Shown here in pieces: positions 24,737-38,547 of a DNA stretch of 64,000 bases. The translations under genes were made by a program, and so were the position numbers. Origin of the DNA: Octopus sinensis. Lineage: Eukaryota. The stretch is from assembly GCF_006345805.1 (NCBI RefSeq), contig NC_043001.1, positions 109,988,001 through 110,052,000 on the forward strand. The letters run 5' to 3'. The notes under the pieces are model-generated. The model had not been told where the DNA came from. It saw nothing but the letters and a program-made list of their open reading frames with translations, and made no database searches. Position 1 is the stretch's first letter. Each line of letters opens with the position of its first letter.

Positions 24737-25640
24737 CTATAATATGCTGAAGGCGGTTGATATTATTCTGTTCCAAAATGTTTGCTTCAAATTCCAGAAA
24801 CGATGAATTGCTTTATGTTTGCATGATATGGTCAATACAGAGTGTTTATTGATCACGTTTTCGCTGGATGTGATGATTTCCTGAGTTACTTCTAGGCATA
24901 AGATGCATACCCGTGATGTTGTTTTGTACGGTGCAGCGATTTTATAATAGGCGAGTGGGTCATATGCTCCACGCCATTCTGTTTGCACATGTAGAAGAAG
25001 TTCGAGAGTGATGTGGAGTGTCTTGTATTTACATTGGAAAATGATGTGAGATGGTTGCGCAGACGATTTTTCATGATGTCACCGGCACCACCAATGTACA
25101 TGTATTTCTGTTGGTTTCTCCTGACATTTGTAAACTACATTCTTTATGATGCAGTTGTTGTTAAAACTGAATTTCCTTTTACGTTTACAGCTGCATGTGA
25201 TATTATTTTTTTTCGTTCTTCCAGCGGCGTTACTACTGGTGGTCCCTGTTCCTCTTCCTCCTGTTATTGTGTCCTCATTTCCCCTGTGTATGGATTGGAC
25301 CTTCAACTGTACGGTATTGTTTGGGTCTGTTTTTGCTATTGGTGAGTTTATATTACTCCTATTAACAACCATTTTCTCATCATATATAGAGCTACAGTTG
25401 CTTCGTATTTCCTCTCCAGTTTTATTCCATTTAGTTCTGTATTATTTAGTTTATGTATGTGATATTCTAGATTGTGATAGATCACGTATGCTAATTTTAC
25501 ATTATGCCTGTTGATAATTTTGTGATATTAGGAAGATCTTGGAGAGTGTCTATCTAATGATGCAAAGAATTCCTGACCTATTTTGGACTATTTTTGTGAG
25601 TTGAAAATCGAGTTAAACCAAATAATTTAATCACTTATTT
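24737..25640 (-). pseudogene. Penelope-like retroelement 3' remnant (RT-EN linker and GIY-YIG endonuclease)
   Basis: Across frameshifts: IIWFNS.., KIGQEFF..LDRHSP..YHKIINRHNVKLAY, CSCKRK..CIIKNVVYKC, YIGGAG..KNRLRNHLTSF..STSLS, CILCLE..INKHS..SCKHK. Confidence 0.85.
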
Positions 25641-25938
25641 TTACATTTCTTTTAATATATCTGCTGTGTTTCTTAGTGTATTTTATTTCCTCTGTTTCTA
25701 CGATATTATTATCATTATTTCTATCGGCGCTTAACAGTGCCCTTCTTTATAAATTTGGCTGCTATTTCGTGTGTCCTGTTTTATATCTATCCCTCTTAGT
25801 ATTACGGTTTTTTCTTTCTCTTTTGATCTGTATCATATTTACTGTTTTTCTAGGTTTTGATATTCAGAAGTTATTTATATGATTGTCTCTGCTATTAACA
25901 ACGCTCGCTGGGTATCGTGCCCTCTCCGTCTTCTATTT

Positions 25939-26045
25939 ATATACTATTCTATCCTTGTATCCCACTCTAGCTAGTGCTTACATGTAATATCCGGCGTGCA
26001 TATCGAATATCCGTTTATCCGCGGGATATAAAGATAGAATAGTAT
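25939..26045. repeat. Small element with 23-bp terminal inverted repeats, between TA-rich flanks
   Basis: ATACTATTCTATCCTTGTATCCC ... GGGATATAAAGATAGAATAGTAT (2 mismatches). Confidence 0.6.
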
Positions 26046-26067
26046 ACATACATAATAGGATAGATAA

Positions 26068-26195
<128 letters not shown>

Positions 26196-26580
26196 GTAGA
26201 TATATATATAGATAGATAGATAAGTCTGTGCGTACATATATGCACGTATGTTTAAGTATAGTTACCATATGGATTACGATCCCCGTTGACAGGCCGCTGG
26301 CATTAAATAAAGCGCTAAATACAGAAAGCATACACATTAGTAGCTCCAATTATCTGAAGCTACGGGATTTGTTGTATATAAAAACAGAATCGCTACTTGA
26401 CTCTCTGCCATTGACCAGGTGATTGTCCACACCTCTGATTAGAACACAATTCCAGGAAAGTTGTTCAGAGTTTTGTCGTGTCTACGATGAAATAGTTACA
26501 TTTTCCTTGTTTGTATATCTCTTACATATGTCTAAGTATGCATGCATTTACATGTATGCATATATATATATCTTTTACAC

Positions 26581-26785
26581 TTTTACTTGTTTCAGTCATT
26601 TGACTGTGGTCATGGCCGAGCACCGCCTTTAGTCGAGCAAATCGGCAAAAGAGACCGATAGAATAAGTACTAGGCTTACAAAGAATAAATCCCGGGGTTG
26701 ATTTGCGCGACTAAAGACGGTGCTCGTTGCTCCAGCATGGCCGCAGTCAAAATGACTGAAACAAGTAAAAGAGAGTTAAAGAGAA
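26581..26785. mobile_element. Two SINE B 3' tails joined in inverted orientation
   Basis: Minus-strand tail at 26581-26644 abuts a plus-strand tail at 26642-26785. Confidence 0.85.
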
Positions 26786-27159
26786 AAAGAGAGAGTAACA
26801 AATGCTTTGCACTCTTCTGTCTGTATGCTAAATTACCTCTGCCGCTTAAGTTACGGTACAGCAATTGCTGTACTGAAAACGTCTATTGAGGCAGAAACTC
26901 GGGACTATGTTTGTGTTTTTGTCTTCAAGCCAAGTGATTAAATTTGGTCTCATGGAATGTCATTTTCAAAAATTCTTAGTTTATGCGATCGCCTCCTCTG
27001 CTCACTTCGTGTTGATATTAAATGCTACAAACTGCGTAAGCTCTCTGAAATCGCTGAATATTGAAATAATCTACAATTGTTTCGTCTATTGTTTAATTTA
27101 CGCTTATTCGTCTATAGGGTGAAAATGCAAACCTTACTTTCCGTTTCATATATATATAT

Positions 27160-27245
27160 ATAAGGATAGGATCGTTAATTTAATTATCGATCTTAACAAG
27201 TGGCCAGCATGGGTATAAAAACCTTGAAAGGTAATAATTATTATT
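27160..27245 (+). repeat. TA-anchored dispersed repeat (second copy at 63921-64000)
   Basis: ATAAGGATA..ATCGTTAATTTAA.TATCGATCTTA.CAAGTGG.CAGCATGGG.ATAAAAACCTT.AAAGGTAATAATT in both. Confidence 0.85.
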
Positions 27246-27484
27246 AAAATTATAATTTAGGCTATCTAAGAGATACCTCCACGCTGGAAATAGCAGCCAA
27301 AACTTGACTCCAAAATCACATTAAATGTCCATAGAACACTACGCTGTATGAACATTTAATGTGGTTTTAGAGTCAAGTTTTGGCTGCTATTTCCAGCGTG
27401 GAGGTAGCTCTTAGATACCCTAAATTATAATTTTATATATATATATATATATACATGTATAAAATTATAATTTAGGGTATCTAA
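27246..27484. repeat. Double fold-back: 88-bp-arm hairpin plus a TA-centred palindrome
   Basis: Arms 27246-27333 and 27347-27434 (5 mismatches, 13-nt loop); second palindrome 27411-27484. Confidence 0.9.
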
Positions 27485-27660
27485 ACATGAACAAGCAAGA
27501 AAAAACAACGCGAGTAAGCACAGTGTTATTGGACGTTCAGGAAAGGAAAGAAAAGAAAAGAAAGAGAATTTCACGTTTCGAGCGGAGCTCTTCGTCAAAA
27601 ATATAGAAAGTGTTCAAAGAAGGGAAGACGGAGATTGAATAGAAGAGACAGTTTGAAAGA
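27485..27660 (-). mobile_element. Short element with hammerhead-like core
   Basis: Minus strand TTGACGA-A-GAGC-TCC-GCTC-GAAACGT (27573-27598), a pyrimidine loop, then ACGTC (27532-27536) giving a GUC triplet. Confidence 0.5.
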
Positions 27661-28710
27661 GAAGTGGATGATCGTACTTAATGTATTAAAATATGTATAT
27701 GATGGGCTGATGAATATTAGCACATCACTGTAATAACTTCACAAGAGTATATCACTGCAATATTTGAAAACTAGCAGGCAACATATTTCTTTCAATTTTA
27801 TTATAATTGAACCTAGACGTGGTAAACTGAGGCACAAATCATTTTATGAGTTAGCGACAATTTCTCAGTATCTCATGTGGAAATCGAAACAGCAATGCTA
27901 CTTAGTTTCAATTTGCAATGCATAGATCCATACTTATCCCACAGTATTCACTTTCTTAATAATGCCTCTGGTATAAAATGTATATCAAACCATCCGTTTA
28001 CATAAAGCCTTTCGGGGTATTCAACATATCGTAATAGATGTTAGAAAGACAAGCCTTCTCTATTTCTATAATCGAAAGGATGCAGTAGGAGTCCAAGTAT
28101 AAGCTACTATATAAATAAAACCAATGTTCTGTGGCCGCACACTTGTTCTCTGTGTGGTCATTGCTATAATTTACTTCTCAACTCTAAAGTAGATTGTTTC
28201 AGTAAAATGATAATATTGTCAATTAGGTTTAGTGTTTCATGTTCTATATCCTGTTATATGATACGGATCATAAAACACTAAACACTTATCTGGATAAGGT
28301 CCTCTTATTGATTGGATTTACCGAAGAAATAATGCGTGAAGAGTGCTTAATTCATTTACTTCTGAATCCGTCTGGCTAGCATTTATATAATGACTTCCGT
28401 TTCTGTTTGTTGATGTATACCTTGACAGGAGATCATTCACGTTGTGCAGATCACCTTTTCGGTGTATTGCTGCGGTTCTCTACATTTGGAGTTCAAATAC
28501 CATGAAGTCATATTTGCATTTTCACAAAATTTATTAAAGAATATTTTCCAATCGAGTGCTGTGTTTGGGGTCAATTTATTTAACTAATTACTCATAAACA
28601 TGTTGCCTTTGTGCAGATCCAAGAAGTCAATATTTTTTTCTAATGACAATCCGATAAAAACTCTGTCTCCTTTTCGTAAAAGATAGTTTTTTAATATTAA
28701 TATTGAATAG

Positions 28711-28945
28711 GGCGGCGAGCTGGCAGAAACGTTAGGATGCCAGGCTAAATGCTTAGCGGTATTTCATCTGCCGCTACGTTCTGAGTTCAAATTCCGCCGT
28801 AGTCGACTTTGCCTTTCATCCATTCGGGGTCGATAACTAAATTACCATTTACGCACTGGGGTCGATGTAATCGACTTAATCCGTTTGCCTGTCCTCTCTA
28901 TGTTTAGCCCCGTGTGGATAGTAAAGAAATAGGTATTTCGTCTGC
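28711..28945 (+). mobile_element. SINE family A
   Basis: Full head, core and tail; runs into the start of a second unit (GGTATTTCGTCTGC). Confidence 0.9.
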
Positions 28946-29469
28946 TGCACATAGGAAAGGAAAGCCGATCTGTAATAAATAGCACGGGCGATGCAGTACT
29001 CAAAAACATTGCGAAGCTTCTTGCAACGGAATGAACCCAGCGTCACAGGTCAAGAAAACTCATATAGAAATGTGTTTCAATCCATATCGTCGCATCTTTT
29101 ATTCGGATATTTTTCTATATTTAGGAATATGTTGAGATAATGCTTGAATTTTTCTAGATGATCGGGAAGTACTTCATGAATATTTAGTAGCTTTGTATAA
29201 TAGATCCAAACGAACTACTACGGTTTCCATCAAATAATTCATGTCGAACCAGTCGCTGTTATTCTGTTTACATCCAGCTACACAATATTTTACATTTTGC
29301 CTCATTACTGTTAGTTTCATTTTAAATATGTTATTCGTCTCAAACTCGCACTAAAGACAGAAAAATATATTTTAATTACTATGTTTCACGTTTGTTTTTC
29401 GAAAATTATTTCTTCCAGTTTGAAGTAGACGGCTGTAACAGTACTTTGAACACACCCTCCTATAAGTAA

Positions 29470-29800
29470 CCAATAACTTGGCCGAGATAGTCATCAAAAC
29501 TTCTCTTAACCTCCCTACAGTCCAGGCCTTTGCACACTTTGGTTTTTGGTTGTCCCCCCACCCGAGGAAAACGTAATAAAGAGTCATTCTGAAGACATTG
29601 AGAAAGTGGAAGCTGTGACAAGGGCCATGAACACGTTCAAATTAAGAGGAGTCCAATGGGCCCTCCACGAAATGACCGGAGCGCCAGAACTTCAATGAAG
29701 TGAGAAAAGCCTACTCTGAGGGATGTTATAGTTTTGTACTTCTTTGAAATTTATAATTGTTTCTCCTGAAAATGTCTAAAAGCATCCGGAACGCCCCTCG
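29470..29800 (+). mobile_element. Mariner transposon 3' remnant
   Basis: PPYSPGL/AHFGFWLSP (compare YSPDLAP.DFWLFP), EDIEKVEAVTRA; ends ..GGAACGCCCCTCG followed by TA. Confidence 0.75.
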
Positions 29801-30447
29801 TATGTTGATCAACCTGTTCAAGTATCTATATTTTTAAAGACGACGCTATGTAATCTAACGGGAAATTTTAATGATGCGTATATAAATAATTCTTCATTAC
29901 ATTTTCAATATTTTTCTGTCCACATTTTATGACCATGAACGCATCCATTATCGATTCGAATTACAGAATGTTAACCGTCTTTTTGATTATTGCAATAATC
30001 AAAACTTCAAATTTTACATATTCTAGACCATATAACTACTTCTATATAAATACTGTTTAATTTCTCGTTGTTCTTTTACCATTTTAGCTGTTAAAATGCC
30101 ATGTTATTTTTTGTAAGTTTGAATTCTGGTTCGTAAAATATGTTACTATTTTCCCTGCTAAAACCTCTGTTATTCTGGATTTGAAAGCGAACCTCAAATT
30201 ATGCATATAACATACAATAGTATTTCACCTGTAAACAGTTCAGTTATTTAAAAAAAAAATAATATATTTTCAGTTCTTGAGGTGCTAAAACGAACACATT
30301 ATTTAAAATCTCAGAATTTACAAAAAGAATGATTTCATCAGATGCATTTTTTTTTTTACTCGCGTGTTATTTTACCTTAAGTTCGTTTAAGTACAAATCT
30401 GCTTTGATTGTCAATGTTTTCGCTTCTATTATTAGAATGCTATTTAA

Positions 30448-30760
30448 GGCGGCGAGCTGGGAGAATCGTTAGCACGCCGGGCAAAATACTTAGTAGTATT
30501 TCGTCTGCCGCTGATAGGATTAGATATGAAGTTGGAGTAAATATTCTTTTCTATTCTAGGCACAAGGCCCGAAATTTTGGGAGAAGGGGCCAATCGATTA
30601 GATCGACCCCATTACGCAACTGGTACTTAATTTATCGACCCCAAAATGATGAAAGGCAAAGTTGACCCCAGCGGAATTTGAACTCAGAATGTAAAGACAA
30701 ACGAAATGCCGCTGAGTGTTTCGCCCGGTGTGCTAACGTTTCTGGCCGGCTCGCCGCCTT
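30448..30760. mobile_element. SINE A head (plus, 30448-30512) and full SINE A variant 2 (minus, 30541-30758), convergent
   Basis: Both GGCGGCGAGC heads point inward. Confidence 0.85.
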
Positions 30761-30937
30761 GTAGTAAATATTACAATATACTTCAGAGCTAGGCAACACT
30801 AGATATCCACGGAGAGAATGAGAGCGCGAGATACCATACCACTTTATTCTATGGTTTGTCAGCGTCATGTATTATATATCGTCCGAAGCAAGATCGAGTC
30901 GGCGAATCAGTAATATATAGAGGTAGTGTACACAATA

Positions 30938-31323
30938 ATGTGGAGGCGCAATGGCCCAGTGGTTAGGGCAGCGGACTCGTGGTTATAGGATCGCGGTTTC
31001 GATTCCCAGACCGGGTGTTGTGAGTGTTTATTGAGCGAAAACACCTAAAGCTCCACGAGGCTCCGGCAGGGATGGTGGTGATCCCTGCTGTACTCTTTCA
31101 TCACAACTTTCTCTCACTCTTACTTCCTGTTTCTGTTCTACCTGTATTTCAAAGGGCCGGCCTTGTCACTTTCTGTGTCACGCTGAATATCCCCAAGAAC
31201 TACGTTAAAGGTACACGTGTCTGTGGAGTGCTCAGCCACTTACACGTTAATTTCACGAGCAGGCTGTTCCGTTGATTCGGATCAACCGGAACCCTCATCG
31301 TCGTAACCGACGGAGTGCTTCCA
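30938..31323 (+). mobile_element. tRNA-derived SINE, family C, with 13-bp TSD
   Basis: A box TGGCCCAGTGG, B box GTTTCGATTCC; AGTGTACACAATA at 30925-30937 and 31324-31336. Confidence 0.92.
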
Positions 31324-33051
31324 AGTGTACACAATATATACTGGGTTCCAATGAAGCTGCATATGCACAATAAATTCGAATTATAAAATAAGGGTAGCTT
31401 TAGGGAAAAACCTTTATCAGTATAACATAGTTAACTTAGGTGCGATTTTGAAAATACAGGAGCTGCACTTTTTTGTCCGGGAAGATCATTCTATACATAT
31501 ATGTTATTTTAAAAATGTACAATACATCCTGAATTCTCGATTATACACTATACTCTTCATAAAGATGTTTCTATCACCTGTTCATCTTCAGATGTGATAC
31601 CTACTAGAACTGCAAATACAATATGTGTACCGACATGCTGTTTACTCTTCGGAGATCTTACCGATTTTAATTTAGGTACCTTCGCTCTTGGATATTAAAT
31701 TATTTCAGTGATGGTAGTTGGATGAAATAATTCGTTTACAATTACTTGTATGCACCGGTTTCAGTTAACACAGAATTTTCCCATTTGTACATATTCGAAA
31801 TTTCTAATCAGTTTGTGGGTTTCGTTTATAATCTCAGTATATTTCATTCAATTTATAATTTATGTATAACGTCATTCACTTTCCATTATATTCGGTGATG
31901 AGGATACGTCTGTCATGGATCTCTTATTTCGACATATTTCTCTTTAGCAAACTGCATGGTATTTTCTTACGCCCATTATTCCTCTGTCTATATAATTTAT
32001 GAAAGTGCTACTGCCTTTGCATCTATGTATCTTATATGTCATCTATATTTCTAGTTTTGCAATTTCCAGTTCCATCTTTCCCTATATTTAACAGAGTTGA
32101 AAGGGACTAATCCTTTTTAATTCTGTTGTGTCTGGGGGAGAGTCATTTTCTTTTTATGCCTTATAAGGTAACACACTCACCGGAACAATTTCCACTTATT
32201 TCTTATTTTTATTATCCTAAAATTTTCGTTGCGTCTTGCAACCTTTTCAATAGCCTTTTGGTGAACGTATGCACATCATTTTATTGATATGTCAGTATAT
32301 TTATGTGCGCACCTACATGCAAAATCCATTCTTCGGTGTAGACTAGTGCGAACAGCATTTTAGCGACATTTTCATTAGCCTTCATATCTTATATCTTCAT
32401 CTCAGATGGAATATTCTTCTATGCCAAGAAAGAACAAAGATCCAGAGTATAAGCAATGATTAGGGTAAATTCTTCTATTGCCTTTCTATTTTTTTTTCCT
32501 GCTGGAGATGGATCTAAAATATGTCGTTTAAATATAACCTAAAATGAATTTATATCTTGCAAACCAAATCCCAAAACGAAATCCTTTTAAAATCTGATAT
32601 CAATTAATACTTTCATGACTTGATAAGTTCATTCGCCTGGTTGGAGTGTAGCATTTATACCTATTACTGATTACAGTACCAGTGACTGCCCCTGCGATTT
32701 TCTTGTTATCTCTGTCCTGTCCCACAAATTTACCTGATATATAAGACACTGTCCAATGTCATCATATTTGATGATTGTTTCTTACATTTTGTTGATCTCT
32801 TCGTATAACTTGATTCTGTATATTTCATTGTAATTGGAAAATTGCATGCAAGTCTTGCGGATGCATTTATATTTCAAAGCGCTGATATGATCCTAATTCT
32901 TATATGTCCGATGCCTGATTATATATATCGTTATATAGAATAAGCAGCAGGTGGCTGTGTCTTTTACAGTATGCAAATGGAGCTAAATATTGATATTTAT
33001 TGTTAGGTCTAGCAATATGTTGAGAGTTTGGGCGTGTAGACTAATATCTGC

Positions 33052-33482
33052 TTCTTTATTGCCAACAAGGGGCTAAACACAGAGAGGACAAACAAGGACA
33101 GACAAACGGATTAAGTCGATTATATCGATTCCAGTGCGGAACTGGTACTTATTTACTCGACACCGAAAGGATGAAAGGCAAAGTCGACCTCTGCGGAATT
33201 TGAACTCAGAACGTAACAGCAGACGAAATACCTATTTCTTTACAACCCACAAGGGGCTAAACACAGAGGGGAAAAACAAGGACAGACAAAGGGATTAAGT
33301 CGATTATATCGACCCCAGTGCGTAACTTGTACTTATTTAATCGACCCCGAATGGATGAAAGGCAAAGTCGACCTCGGCGAAATTTGAACTCAGAACGTAA
33401 CGGCAGACGAAATACGGCTACGCATTTCGACCGGCGTGCTAACGATTCTGCCAGCTCGCCGCCTGCTGCCAGCTCGCCGCCT
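33052..33482 (-). mobile_element. SINE family A dimer with a duplicated 17-bp head
   Basis: Two units; CTGCCAGCTCGCCGCCT at 33448-33464 and 33466-33482. Confidence 0.9.
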
Positions 33483-35060
33483 CATGTACACTAATATCAT
33501 CTAGCTGTTAGGTTAGGCAGAGTTCGTTATGTATCGAACGCACGATATTGTGATATTTTTAAGTTCCCGGATATGTCTGCGGATGTTGTAAAAAAGAAGC
33601 TCTCATGCACGCGTACTCTTAAACTACAAAGCACTAAAGTACTCAGTAGAAATTGCCCAGTAATAACAACAACACACCAACACACACACATGCAATTTAA
33701 ACGATGTGTGTAAATTGAAAAAAAAAACAAGAAAAGCGAAACGTCAGAAAAATCAGGTTTTTGAAACCAGCAAAAGAAAAGCAGCAGAAGTCGCTTTACG
33801 GATAAGATCACAGCTCGTGGCGAAAGAACATTAAAGCAGAAACTAAAACAATAACCAATTACAAAAAAAAAGACAAAAAAACACTACAAAAGAACTAAAT
33901 CAATAATTCAGTAAACGATTCATCAAAGAGTTGATTAGATTATTAGTTAATTGGTTGTCTAGTTGTCGGCTAATAAATGAAATTGCAGTTAGAGAGTGTA
34001 ATTTTATTTGTAAAATAACATTACTAAAGTACATATGTGCTTGTGTAGATGTGGTGGGCATGTGTAAGTGGGTGAGTGCGTGCGTGTGTGTGTCAGTTGC
34101 GCTTTATACATACACACGTATTTTTCGACACCAAGTAATAATTAATTAGTCTATTTAAAAAGGAGAATTGTATGTGAATTTAGATATGAATCTTTTGATG
34201 AATAGTAATAACTTTATATTCTACTTGATCTTAAGAAAGTTTTCTTTAACATGATCAAAGAATATCGATACGAACAAGTATATATTAAGTGAAGGTGAAA
34301 TACATTATTTGAAGCTATTATGAAAATTTAACCAGCCAGGAAGCGAAGCGTATATATATAGTAACGCTTATTGTTTTTTGTCTCCATCGTAATTTACTAT
34401 ATTTTGTAGTTCAACGTAGATTAAAAATATATTGCAGTTAAAAATCATCATAGATTTTTTCTTTCGGTTGCCCAACTACATTATCAAATATGTCGATGAG
34501 TGAATTTGGGGCAGATTTAGCTGTTATTTCACGTTTGTTTTTTTCTTTATCTTCTTTCTTTTTGTTTTTCAGAAATAGTTCAGAAATTGTACTACAAATA
34601 TAATGTTTGTTACAAACTTATAGCTGAAAGCTTACCTATCTGTCTTAAAATTATATTATTATTGTATTAGTTACATTCTATGCATAACGGTCATTGTGTC
34701 ATTATCTTCCTGGTAGTGTGTGGATACACCAACCGTATCAAGTTCTCAGATAGAACGTTTAATAACGACCTGAAATAATGAGTGTACCTGCATAGGATTT
34801 GGACATATGCCAACTTGGATGGCGTGTACTATTCCACAATTTACCGCTTCTATCACCCATCCATCAAATGTGTAATATATGTATTTGCATATATTTGGTT
34901 TCCTATACCTGTTTCGCTAGCGTTGCGTATAGCGTTTTATGAAAAGGCAGGCAAAATTGAAAGGCTGCCAAAACTTTTAATTTTTTTTAATTCATTAGGG
35001 GAACATCGGTTATATTGTGATAAAATTTTCCACAAGACTAGCAATTTCAGCAGAGAAATA

Positions 35061-35403
35061 AGTCGATTACAATGAATCCAGAGCTCAGATGGATGACAGG
35101 CAAAGTTGACCTCAGCGGAAATTGAACTTAGAATATAAAGACAGACGAACTGTCTTTAAGTAATTTGTCCGACGCGTCAGCTCGCCGCTTTAGTTTATAT
35201 TGTAATAATCATTTCAAGTTTTGACAAAAGAGCAGCGATTTCAGGGGGGTTGTACGTCGATGCTACTGACCAATTGGTACTTGTTTTATCGAACCCAAGA
35301 GGATGAAGGGCAGAACCGACCTCGGCGTAATATGAATTCACAATGTAAAAACTGACGATATAATTGCTTTGCCCAGCGTGCTAACAACTCTGCCAGCTCA
35401 TCG
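35061..35403 (-). mobile_element. Two degenerate SINE A copies
   Basis: GGATGA..GGCAAAGTTGACCTC and GGTACTTGTTTTATCGAACCC..GCTAACAACTCTGCCAGCTC. Confidence 0.65.
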
Positions 35404-35418
35404 AATTAGGTTACGTTC

Positions 35419-35456
<38 letters not shown>

Positions 35457-36000
35457 GGGAAACCAAATGAAGATTAAAAAAAAAAAGAAAGAGAACAAAG
35501 CAATAAGATTACACCGAAAATATTCTGTTTCGAAAAAAAATATTTATTCAGTTGATAACAACAACAACAAGGAGAAAAACAAAGAAAAGAGATCTTTAAT
35601 TGAAAAAAAAAAAAAGAATTCGACGCACGCGCATACATATGTTTCTCAGATTTTCATATATATCTTACAGGTATTTCATAAGGTATTTAAATGGACAATA
35701 TAGTAATGATATTATTTTGTATCGTTTTCATATGATTCAGAAATTAAGCTTCGGGTAAATCATGTCTACCTAAGAAATACATTCTTCTTGATTCCATGAA
35801 AATTTCATGAGAATGCGCAAGCAAATATATAACAATTTGACTTCTAAAATAGATGAGGTGTATTAAAAAGCTATAGAATTTATATTAACATTAATAGTAG
35901 TATAAATGCTTATATATGATCGTGTGTGCGTGAGTGCGTGCGCGTAAGTAGAATTTTGCGAAATAATACACATATGTATATACATATATGTATATATACA

Positions 36001-36047
<47 letters not shown>

Positions 36048-36161
36048 TATATATATATCCATAAATGCATATATATATATATGCATATGTGTATGTATAT
36101 ATATATATATATAATATATATATATATATGTGTGTATGTATATATATATCTCCATATATTC

Positions 36162-36196
<35 letters not shown>

Positions 36197-36213
36197 TATA
36201 TAATATATATATA

Positions 36214-36248
<35 letters not shown>

Positions 36249-37296
36249 CTATATATTCCGATATGTATATATATATATCCATATATATGTATATATATAT
36301 ATATTCGTAAATTGTTTTAGCTAATTTGTTTATCCTGAAAATAAAAGTATTGAGAAATGTTATTCAAGAAAGAAAGCCAAATCATTTTGTTACACATTGT
36401 ATGCGATTAAACATTGTACAGTTTTAAAATTCACGGAAGTAAATGATTATCGTTTGTATTCATTTGAATCGGGGAGAGACTTTCCATTCCCATGTACTTG
36501 TATGTATAAGCATGTATGTTTGTGTGTGTATGTGTGTGTGCTGTGTATGTGCATGTGTGAGTATTTATATATTTGTACATGTATGTATGGGGATGTGCTT
36601 TACTTGTATACATTAATGTACCACTTCAAAGGGAGGCTTTCGAAGAACAGCTTCATATTCAGTGCCAGAACACGTGAGAAAATACAGTTAATATATAAAT
36701 GTTTTTTTTTTAAATGCTCTTAGTTTTTTCTACTTGCTTTGACAGAAATTGCCAATAAAATTGCGTATGTCTTAAAAACTTGCAATGTCTTACATTGCAT
36801 ATGTCTTAAAAACTTTTTCAGTTTCTGTAATTTTCTAGTATTGTTTGAAGTTCCCAGTTACTTGATGTTTTCTTACAATTGTGGATTATTTTAAAGTATG
36901 TAACAGAAAATTAACCAGCTTCGATTACGACAACCACCAACGGAACAACCGGTCCATTTCACTTAGAGCGTTATTGTGAGACCATATCACAGGCATTTCT
37001 ACAATCTAACATAATTTAACCAGCATTTGGAGCGTCTGTAGCAATACAGATCGGCTGTATTGAAAGTACAGCCAGTCCGACGGGATCCCACACTTTCTCT
37101 GCAAACGCACAATTACCAAGTTTGTGTCGACACGAAACAGTGTTTAATACACCAAGATATCGAACAGCGATATCACACCCACTAACTCAAGAGTGCAAAG
37201 CGATATTATTACTGACATGCTTGTGTCTGTCCTGTATACATATATATGTGTATGAATGTACGTATCTACACACAAACTCGTACACACACACACACA

Positions 37297-37353
<57 letters not shown>

Positions 37354-37570
37354 GCATATAGATTCAAACACACAAATACACATCCAAGATTTGGTATATA
37401 GTAATTTATAACTGCTATCTTCAATTGTGACTCTATCATCGCTATAGTGCGATCGTCAGGCTTTCCCTTGCTGTTGTCGCCTGGGTCAAACTTAGTACAC
37501 GAGAAAGCAATTAATGATAAATACCAACATACATATATATATATATATACATACACACATACACATGTAC

Positions 37571-37634
<64 letters not shown>

Positions 37635-37931
37635 GTATATATATATACACCCATATGTATGTAGGTGTATATATATATATATATATATATATACCCAAAC
37701 GGTTACACGCGTACGTGCATATAAACAAATATTTACACATTCACCTAAGGACTTATCCTCTTCAATATTTTTCTCCATGCCAATTTTTCTATCTCCAAAA
37801 TATGTATCCATGTAAATCTTACCATTATATAAACGGTGATTGTGTCTCCACAAATGCATGTTTGCCTATTTACTCTTGATAAATTATAATATATACATGC
37901 CTATATTTAAAAGCTATTTGTATTTACAATT

Positions 37932-37974
<43 letters not shown>

Positions 37975-38489
37975 ATAATATATATATATATTATATATAT
38001 ATTTATATATAATGTAAGAAGTACGTAGGGCAAAGCATTTGCTTAGACAGCGTCAAATTTATTCTTTTTTAACGTACAGAATGAAATAATTATATCATTT
38101 TATATATATATGCATGCATACAAGAATACATTATTTATATTTGTATATACATATGTCTCAATAATTTTGCTGAAAATACAGACACGACCCAACATAGTTG
38201 TAACATAGCTTATACACAACGTCATGTCAAATGTTATACTCACACACAAATACACAGACACACACACACTATATATATACACACATTTCTACATTCCCGT
38301 AAACTTTTGAATTTATATACACGTATGTGCTTATATATATATATATATTTATAATATATATATATATATATGTATGTGTAATATATGTATATATATATGT
38401 ATATATATATGTATATATATGTGCATATATATAGATGTAGGTATATATATGCATAAGTATACATATATATGTATATAGACATAAACATA

Positions 38490-38547
<58 letters not shown>

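Noticed and set aside
31560-33000. Possible very old CR1 remnant on the minus strand (ENTMQF..)
   Set aside because: Similarity too weak to support by eye.
34635-34770. Minus-strand segment with a strong acceptor and donor
   Set aside because: Stops in all three frames; could only be a non-coding exon, which cannot be tested here.
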